Shown here: piece after piece, positions 27,901 to 36,200 of the stretch | How positions within the stretch are numbered: position 1 is the stretch's first letter | Layout of the letters: every line of letters begins with the position of its first letter | Assembly: GCA_049967475.1 (NCBI GenBank) | Contig: JBMFSQ010000007.1 | Location: forward strand, 32,001 to 96,000 | Source: Chthonomonadales bacterium | Lineage (GTDB): Bacteria > Armatimonadota > Chthonomonadetes > Chthonomonadales > CAJBBX01 | Direction: 5' to 3' | DNA: 64,000 nt | Made by a program: the position numbers and the translations under genes | The notes under the pieces: model-generated | Database searches by the model: none | What the model was told of the DNA's origin: nothing | The model's input: the letters and a program-made list of their open reading frames with translations, nothing else

Positions 27901-30179
27901 GCCTCAACACGACTATAGATCCGGGTACGCCCGTGCGCATCCGGCAGCTCAATCCGGTGCTTTCCCAAAACTTGCCGGGCGCCGGAGGAACGTCCGGCAA
28001 CGCGTCGCCCGTGTATGTGGAGCTGAACCCGGCACAATACACCCTGGACTACAACTCAGGACTGGTGCGCATCACCACGATGTCGCCTCCCGGCCAGGTC
28101 GCTACGTTCGTGTCCGGATCTCTGCCGTTCCTCGTGACCATCGGTAACGGGCCCGAGCAGATGATTTCGGGAACATTCAACGATCCGGACGGATCGGTGC
28201 GCATCACGGGACCGCCCGGCGCCGACAATCTCCTTTGGTACTATGTAATCCCGGCCCTCGATGTTTTGCCCGGTGCGCCTATTGCCCTTGGCGTGGCCAG
28301 TTCTTCGCCGAAGGTCCAAGGAGATGCCGTCTGGCTTGGCTTTGAGCACGGCTTCATTGTGTCGGTGGATGCAAACCCGGGAGGAACGGATCCCACCGTT
28401 CAGAACAACGGCGGTCAGGTGCGCCTTTTTGCCAACGGAACTTTGCCTGGGCACCTTCGCTGGATCCGACAAGTGACCACCAACACCTCCACACATGTGC
28501 TGGATGCCCCTTCGGGCACTGCCCAACTGTTGGCTGCGGCAACGCCCGACGGCATCCAGGTGCTGGAGGACACCCGCACCGTGATCGCCGACAGCAACCG
28601 CCTGGTGGAGGTAAACGCTGCAGGCGAGGCCGTATGGACGTGTGACGGCACGCGCTCCTTCGGCGTAGCCGGCGGTGAGCTTCCGCAATACATGGTGGAC
28701 CAGAACGGCAACGTAGTGCCCATCAATCCGAGCACCGCAACCGGCGTTCCTGTAGTTCAAACGGTACCCTTCTCGCGCCCGTCGGTTGTACGGTACGTGG
28801 GCCGCAACAATCTGATTGTGGTGGACACGGGCAACAACCGTGTGGTGGAGATGGATCGTGGCGGCAACGTGCTTTGGGAGGTCAACCGCCTGCAGGATGA
28901 CTTCAAGCGAACCCTGCGGCCGGGTGATCCGCTGACCCTCAACGAACCCACCGACGTGCAGTACTGGACGGAGTTCAACCCCGCCATTCATATCGCGGTC
29001 CCCATCGGAGGGCAAACGTATCGCTTCGACGGGCCGGGATACATTGTGCATTACCTCATTTCGGACACCGGCAATTACCGCGTCATCGAACTGGTGGACG
29101 TGTATGACCAAGCGGGACGCATCGTACAGCCGAGCGCAGGCGGTAACCCTGCTCCGTTTGTGATGTACCGGCAGGTGAACTTTGTGAGCAGCAGCTATGG
29201 GCTCACCGGCGAGCGGTTGCGCTATAGGGGCGTTCAGCGCGTGACGATGCGCAACGGCGATCTGCCGCCCGCATGGCAGTTCGATCCCGCCAACCCGAGC
29301 CAGTTGCTTCCGCCGACGGCAATCCGCTTCCTCACCCTATCTCTGGTGACGAACCAACGTTTGGTGGGAGTAGCCACACCGGGCGGATTGAATACGCAGG
29401 TGAACGCCGCCGGCGCGGCCGCCAATTCAAGCGGCGGTTCCCTTGTAGTAATGAACGAGGCCGGGAATCCCCTGGCCATCGTGAGCAACCTGAGGGTTCC
29501 CGATGCAGCAGCGCCCAACGGCTACCGCATCCAGCCTATTGTGAACCCAACGAGCTTTTCCAAGTTCGATGACGTAGACCCCAACACGGGCCAGCGGATA
29601 ACCCACTACCTGCTTACGGACCAAAACGGATGCTATCAGATGGTGCCGGACGCCAATGATCCTTCCTTAATGGACGTCGAATGGCTGCTGAGCGGCGAAG
29701 ATTACTATCGCATGACGGGCAAGCCGCTTCTGGCCGGCTCGATCCAGAGGCTCAGCACACAAACGAATGTGGTCCCAAGCTATGCCGCACAGCATCGGCT
29801 GCACCACTTCCTCATCACGAACCGCTTCACAGGAGCGGACAATCCTTCCGTATTCGGCGTTCCGTACAATACCACAGGCAACCCGGCGAATGGGAACATC
29901 TCCGGACCCACAGATTTCCACGGAGAGGTATTCGAGTTGGATCCCAGGGCGTTTGATCCTACGGCTCCACTTCATGGGTACATTCCCGATTATGCAGTTG
30001 CGGGCGGAGTATTCCTGCTTCCGAACTCCGGCGCAAGCATCGTATGGAGATGCCCCATCGAAACTGTGCCGTCACCCGGCGCCCAGGTTGGAGTGATGCG
30101 AAGAACCATAGGGGACCCGGCGCGCAGTACCTCGACATCGCTGTTGGAACAGCCGGCCTGCGCCCAGCGAAGTTTTTAA
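24957..30179 (+). CDS. Giant secreted protein (~1740 aa): DUF4159-like N-terminal domain plus beta-propeller-like repeats; PilY1-position adhesin candidate
   Basis: ATGA-coupled to the upstream gene; hydrophobic signal 'ALVVALLGLFLGGRASA'; 'LRRFMDEGGTLWVENC'; NHL/PQQ-like 'VVDTGNNRVVEMD..G..LW', 'ISDTGNYRVIE'; DLDGDQNPDDG Ca-loop. Confidence 0.65.
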   Translation: MMRGMRWSALWFGILRDRAVRPSSSPGLFGRPMREALVVALLGLFLGGRASADAHFYASQRRQVRVGIVVSQALDAGGTLGSENPDPHVFYVLDSRTDLKPAGMEFVNPMAPAVITPAIYQRWRNRPRPGFPDPAFVQGTPQYALFQVGNRVTKNMGAYWEVNVDTASDDDLRQFDLLYIHSHMPAIHFTPDVLAKLRRFMDEGGTLWVENCGNMGFSANDPFLFDIQMHSGNAPGAGAVIATPNHPLLTYPYVLSPQEVQQLGDKRVAGYYVYDITDPNGAAHPNSVPGRETLAPIVWNTLGNAPQQGPGGFYLPAPSWRAMILAGQVGAGRLVVSSQDSGCSINDYVGGVNVGYGGNSGAISGDNFLAARPMDLEFVYNMATWATAHMTGLANARRTSSASETVAPVLSDKWAWPTQNGGTAKSGGVTYYKNCVFTVDGDLVLHCFDARPDEDLDGDQNPDDGLPDFIAGQPYDEVWRFPLKSVDANAQAASTPTVFEFYDADYINRHGATTGDLANFNQRELVAVTLSDGTIVALRAFPRLATPGVPLAPHTNVEWVVQFGADYPMSFDGRAPVDDTGNPTWMAPVPSVAFSEGVVFAGINTPNGGRVVAIDPREGLSALRPGPLGANGDTADKCAVPDVPVGMPSILSAPTVGYQRDEATGAQDKMVYVAVPRPQNGPMLPETIRAFWFATKGEPLRFLRDDNNASPARTYYVSRADKPWFLFDPNAPGNDNQALRQRVFHRYTDPVTGQSLIEELRYIPLSNINQLDTNTYSVDVTKVPVQVILSTQVNRPGGGTAARDPNLDSYYADYTLDWDPQVQNQQKVNARSVLIAPDPQQTGAHIGGAPALSGDNLLFYNVSTVPPAGLTTSAGAGVVFGAEEQFLRTALKWTYVMHNGFTLTVNGQATTIPPRLRFIDTDPRWAAYSGQSLTDVQFVGSPAYANGTVYSVAHARIQGPAFATYPVSVLCAFKANPEIVLRLNTTIDPGTPVRIRQLNPVLSQNLPGAGGTSGNASPVYVELNPAQYTLDYNSGLVRITTMSPPGQVATFVSGSLPFLVTIGNGPEQMISGTFNDPDGSVRITGPPGADNLLWYYVIPALDVLPGAPIALGVASSSPKVQGDAVWLGFEHGFIVSVDANPGGTDPTVQNNGGQVRLFANGTLPGHLRWIRQVTTNTSTHVLDAPSGTAQLLAAATPDGIQVLEDTRTVIADSNRLVEVNAAGEAVWTCDGTRSFGVAGGELPQYMVDQNGNVVPINPSTATGVPVVQTVPFSRPSVVRYVGRNNLIVVDTGNNRVVEMDRGGNVLWEVNRLQDDFKRTLRPGDPLTLNEPTDVQYWTEFNPAIHIAVPIGGQTYRFDGPGYIVHYLISDTGNYRVIELVDVYDQAGRIVQPSAGGNPAPFVMYRQVNFVSSSYGLTGERLRYRGVQRVTMRNGDLPPAWQFDPANPSQLLPPTAIRFLTLSLVTNQRLVGVATPGGLNTQVNAAGAAANSSGGSLVVMNEAGNPLAIVSNLRVPDAAAPNGYRIQPIVNPTSFSKFDDVDPNTGQRITHYLLTDQNGCYQMVPDANDPSLMDVEWLLSGEDYYRMTGKPLLAGSIQRLSTQTNVVPSYAAQHRLHHFLITNRFTGADNPSVFGVPYNTTGNPANGNISGPTDFHGEVFELDPRAFDPTAPLHGYIPDYAVAGGVFLLPNSGASIVWRCPIETVPSPGAQVGVMRRTIGDPARSTSTSLLEQPACAQRSF

Positions 30180-30206
30180 CTCCCAGGCAGGACAGGTGAG
30201 AGAGCA

Positions 30207-33200
30207 ATGCGGCATGGAATGTTGAAGAAGACACTCTGGACGATCACCCTCTTGGGAGTGGCGAGTGCCTGGTCCTGGGCCCAGCAGCCGTGGACGCAGT
30301 ATGACTGGCCCATGCATCGTGCGGGTACGACGCGGCAGGGAGCCAATGGGGGTGATCATCCGCAGCCTATGAAAAAGGGCCTCACTTGGGTTTGGCCCCC
30401 TACAGCAGACATTCCGGCGGAGATCGTAGTAGATAACGATCCCCAGCCGGTCCAAACGCCTGGGAACGTAGTAGTGAAGCTATACGGTCAGAGCTTCCAA
30501 CTGACGGACACGGGGGGCGGCAATCCCTGGCAATATCCGGCAACCGCGGACCGTGGGGTAGGGGCCTGGCCTCCTGCATGGAGCGATCCCAACAAGGCGG
30601 GAGATTACTACTACTGCAAGGCGGTTCAGGATCCTACGCTGGCAGCCCTGGCCAACCTGAGCCTCAACGGGGGCGCCTTCACCGGCCTCGCGGAGCTTCA
30701 GAAGCTTCCCAATGTGGACGGCTTTCTGGAAGAACCCCTGCCCGCTGCTCCGTTTAATGGGCGAAACTTCTATCGAACTGTAGATGATGCGCTGAGGGCG
30801 GCTCCTACCTACGCGCGGTGGTCCTTCGGAACGGCCTATCCCGATCCAACCCTTCAGGGAACTCGGAATGTAGGCGGTCAGCTTCTGAAGGCCGGCCAAC
30901 GCTACGCCGTGTATATCCGATATCCTTCCAGCAGTACGAGCACCAATACGGTGTTCAACGATGGCCAGCCGCACCCCAATTCGGATTGGGTCTTTGTGCG
31001 TGTGAGCTGGGGCGACGTCAATAACCCGACTGACGACCGCGTCCACAGCCGCATCTTCATGCTGAACTTCGGAGACACGGGTGGGTATTGGAAGCGTGTG
31101 CGCTCCTCGGCGAACGAGGACCGGTACTTCCCGTATGACGGCGTGCATCCTATCACCGTTACGTTGTATGCTGTTACCACATCCGATCGCAACGAATTGG
31201 GTGTCCAGACGATTATTCCGGCCGATGCCGTGCGCCTCGTGCCGGAAGCCATGCGGGGCGACATCCACGCGCCGGCTGCCTCGGCGGCATTCCCTCCGGG
31301 AAGTGACCCCGTAACAACGCCCGGATCCGTGCTGCGCACCTACTTCGGCCGAGATGAGACCGTGTCCCCGCAACTCGTTTGGACGCTGCAGCAGGCGCAG
31401 CAGGCACCGGCTACGGGCACCTTCCTTCCGATCCCCTTCGACCCAGGGCAGGCGCCGACGCCTTCCAATGGCAACAACCCGCAAATTGACGATCCCACTA
31501 CGAGCATCCGCAGCGCCGTCTTCTATTGCTTCGAGGATGACGTGCTCAACGGGGTCTACGGCAAGCTGCGGTGGAGGTATGTAGCCCGTTCGAGCCCTGC
31601 GGCGCCCGCCATCATAGACGACCACGGGCCTCCCTATGGTGCCGGCGATCCGTTCATCGCCCAAGGAAACTGGACGCTGGTGAACGATCCGGGACCCCTT
31701 CAATCCTATGGCGGCACATACGAAACGGCAGTGTCTACGACGGACCCGCAGCAGGCTGCTACGGCAACGTGGACGGCGAACCTGCCGATTATGAATACCT
31801 CGTATTCGGTGTTCGTTTGGATCCCGGCGGGTCCAGGCCCTAATCCGAACTTTGCTCATGCTGCCACCTATACCCTTGCAACGGATAGCGGCGTCCAGAC
31901 CTATGTGCTGGATCAGCGCAATACGGATCCCTTGGCGAACCCTAACGCAGGGCTCGTAGGCACATGGCGCCGGCTGGCGCAGGGGGTTCGGTTCCCCACT
32001 GCGGTGGTGAATGGGCAGAGCGTGTCCCAGGCGGTCCTTACGCTTACCAACGTGCACCCTACCACGGACGGCAGCACCGATCCGAACAAGGACCCGTCTG
32101 GGGATGCGCTGAACAACCGGGTTGTGGTGGCGGATGCCATCCAGATTGTTCCCGACACCGCACCTGCCAACAGCGTCGTGGCGGCGCCTCTCATAGCCAA
32201 CGTGACCTGGCCCTCCGGCACGCAGCGGCAGGTGGTGTACTTTGCCACAACGGACGGGCATGTGTGGGCACTGGATGCCGGCGGAGTGGCCAACACCACC
32301 CTCACGACGGTGTACTGGGTGTACCCTTCTGTGGACAACCCTGACCCCGCTGTCCGGAACCAGCTACCCAATCCTGGGCAATACGTGGCTCCGGACAAGG
32401 ATCCCAATTACTTGCCGGATCCTACTTCGGACCGACCCCAGCAGGGGATTGACGGCGACCTGGAGCCGAAGGCCGGCTCCACGGGAAAGGTGATCAACCA
32501 GACCACCAAAGCCCCGGATCTCGGCCCGTTCACGTCTTCACCGCTCTACGTGGAAGTACTCAAAGGGAATACCCGGCTGCGCCTCATCGTCATCGGCAAC
32601 TCCAACGGACGCATCTATGCGCTGGATGCGGCAGGTCGCACGAACCAGGATCCCAATATCGGGCCGGTAAACGAGCCCTTCCCCGCAACCTTCGCCGCGG
32701 CCCCCAACAACCCGGGGATACCGGGCACGACGCGGCGCCTGATGACCTGGCCTACCCTGGGGCGCGACGTTTGGCTGCAGAAGGGCGGGCTCCTACTCGG
32801 CCAGCCTGATCCGAAGAATTGGCCCTTACAGTATCCCGATCAACCTTCCAAGGGGAGCTTCACCGCATCCCTCACGGCTGCTGTGGACAACAACGGTTCC
32901 ACTGCCTTGGTGATTGCACCTGCAGCGGAAAGCAGCAACCATGGGCACGTGTATGCCGTGGACCTACAGAGCCTGGATCCTTCGGTGCGCATCTCCAATC
33001 CCAATAATAACAGTTCGCCGGTGTGGCAGTACCCGGGACCGCAGACCGCTTTGGATCCGATTACCTATCCCGGCGCCCTTACGCCCCAAGGCAAGTTCAT
33101 CTTTTCGTCCTTTGGTCCCAATGGAGGGCGGGTTTACGCCATAGACACGGCGTCCCTTACCAATGGAGTGCCCACCCTGAAATGGGTGTATCCCTTTACA

Positions 33201-36200
33201 TCCACGCCGCCTGGTCAGCCGAACCCTGGGGACCAATCTGGGGATACGACGCCGTTTACCGCTCCGGTTTGGGTGAGCCAGGTGACGCCGGCATTCAACA
33301 ACGGCAACGAGGTTGTATTCGTAGCCAACACGGACGGCACCCTCTACGCCCTCGATGCGACCCAAACGGGCGGAGCGGCTCCTGCGGTTCTGTGGCAGAG
33401 CCTTCCCCAGGGCACCACGCGGGCGTCGGCGGTATACATTCCGGGGTGGGTGCCTCAGGTTCGGCCGGGCGTTCCCCAGACACAGCCGGTGCCGGCCCTC
33501 ATCCAGCCCTATGACACGGGCATCATCAGCGCCTTCGATGCTACTACGGGCCGCCTCGTGTGGACGTATCCGGATGGGGCTATCGGCTCGGTTCCGCTGC
33601 AATTGGGTCCGCAGAACGGCCCCTACAACGCCCAGCAGTTTGCTACCGGGAACGTATGGCGCGGGGCCGATGCGACGCTGGCCAATAACTGGATGTACGA
33701 GGGAACCGAAGGGAACCAGGATGCAGGCGAAATCTTCGGGCAGATGCGGGCCTACTGGAATGCCAGTGTAGGCACGGTGACGCCCGGCGAGCCTGGGGTG
33801 AACCCCGAGCAGAACCAGGTGGACATTCGGTTGGTGAACCTGTGGAACGGCGCCAACGATAACCCCACCGGGCCCTTTGACGACTTTGGCGCTACGAACA
33901 ATGCCAAATCTCCCGCCAACGAATGGGCAAACGCAAGACCGAGCACGCAAGGGAACGTGACCATCTATGAATGGGGAGACAGCATCAAGGTAGCAGCCTG
34001 GGGTGCCTACACGGGAAGTGTGCTGCCGCAGGTTACCTTCCGGCTATCGAGCGGGACACAGAATGTGCAGCAGCAGGTTATGGCGGTTCCGGACACGGCC
34101 TTCGTGCAGAATGTAACCATCAACGGCCAGGCTGCCGCTCCTTGGGTTGCCAAGACCGTGTTTCAGCTTGGCAGAGGCTCCCAGGTGATGGCTCAAACCC
34201 CGGGGCGCAAGTACGAGGTGTTTGCCCAAGCTCAAATCAACTCCGGCGGGTCTATCTTCACCACATACCAGCTTGCCGCGGGGCAGAGCCTGCAGCCGTT
34301 CTCACCCGAGCCGCCCATAACCAACGGCCCCGATGACGCGGGCAAACCTAGGGTGGTGGTCGTGGCCAACCCGCTGGCTCTCAGTACTCGGGGCGCCCCG
34401 GCGAATCTGGGGGTAGGCCCAGGCTTCCTTAACGCTATAGGCTGGTCGAATAATACGCCGCCCGATAATGTGCAGGGCGATATCTCGGAGTTCATCGAGA
34501 ACGGCAACCGCCTCGGCACGCTGGACAACCAGGGTAACATCACGCCCGGCAATTTCAAAGATATCGCTGCTCCAGTAGGTGCGCTTGGCCACGGCACATC
34601 CGGGATGTATATGGGCGTAGACGACAACGGCAATGCGGTGCCGGCTCTGTTCGCTGCAGATCGAAGCAACCTGTTCAAGCTCAAGCAACCCCTGCTCCTT
34701 CGGGCAGAGGCGCGGGACCTGGAGTGGTTCTGGAACCTGGCCGACGGCAACAGCGTGCACCAGGCCACCGGCAATGTGATGAACCCGCTCCCATGGGAAG
34801 TGTTCCCCAACACGATCCCCAACACTTCGCCGGACTACCCAAACATAGACCGGTCCAAGCTGGTGATCCGCGGCAACGGCATTGACCTCTCCAAGAACGC
34901 CTTGGCGCTGCCCAACGCAACGGTGAGCGGCGGAAACAAGATCCTGAGCCCGATGCGATTGGATCTTCAGGTTGATGTACCCAAGTACCAGCCGGCGAAT
35001 GTGAATACCGCCTATTACGATATAAACACCACCCGCTCCGGTTCGGTGCTCAACCCTAGGAAGCTGGTGGCGCCGCTCAAAATCAGCACTGGGACGGACG
35101 TTTCGGGGGATCCCAACCTCAAGAGGCTCATGCAGCCCAGCGCAGGGTACGTGGCCCCCGTGCTTGTGTACGTGGACAGCAACAACAACGGGCGCTTCGA
35201 CGGCACGACCAATACGGGCAGCACGGTTCAGGCTGGCGGATCGGCAGTGCAGGAAGTGTTCCGTCAGATGAACGTTGGGGTGTGCGTGCTCCCTGACCTT
35301 CGCATGCGCACCGAGGAAGCCACCCTGGACGTTGGGAAGGCGCCGCATTCCCTGGGATACTCCCCTGTGCTTCCCTTTGGGCCAAGCCAAGTGGGACCGT
35401 GGTCCGGCCTCGTGTCGCCCTTCGATGATCCTAATGGGCATACCTATTTCGTACCCTTCACGGTAAAGAACGAAGGCAATGTGAACCTGGTGAACCTGCG
35501 GGTGGCGAAGATTGCTGCGCCCGCAGGCGCCGATGTAACCAACCCGGCCTTTTGGGCGCAGTTGGCGAGCGACCAGGTAGAACCCTCCACAGGGGTTGGA
35601 GCCATTTCGGCGGTGCCGTTCTTCCCGCTCTCCGGCCAGGGAGGCACAGGCAACATAGGCATCGTGAGCGTACTGGATCATTCCCGCGGACCCAATCCTC
35701 AGTTCGAGATTGATTACACCAGTGCATTCGGCAAACCCAACTTCTGGCCTGTGCCCGATGCCTATGTTTCGGCGTCCAATCCCCTGGCAACTGCCGGTGC
35801 GCCCGATGTGCCCGCTCCATACGCAGCCGGAGCGCTGCCTCAACCCACCCTCCACAAGCCGCGTCCAGGGGACCCCGGTCCTACGGTACTGTCTGTTCCG
35901 GACGTTGCATACGGGGATCCGAACAACCTCTTGGGACCGTTGGGTTCTGCGGCTCGGCCTAAGGTTGGGGTGGCCATACCCCTGGGAACGCCGGCAGGCA
36001 CCTACTCGGCGCCGATCTATGTGTTTGAGGATTGGATGCCCATTCAGTGGCGGCAATGGTTGGCGGCGTACTATGGCAGTGACCCATACGCCGGTTACGG
36101 AAACGATGGCATCCTCGAGACACAGGCCGGCGCCTCTCAACCTCTAGAGGCTGTGGTGAACCCGGCGTTTACGCTGAAGGTAACGGTGAAGGAGGCGCGC

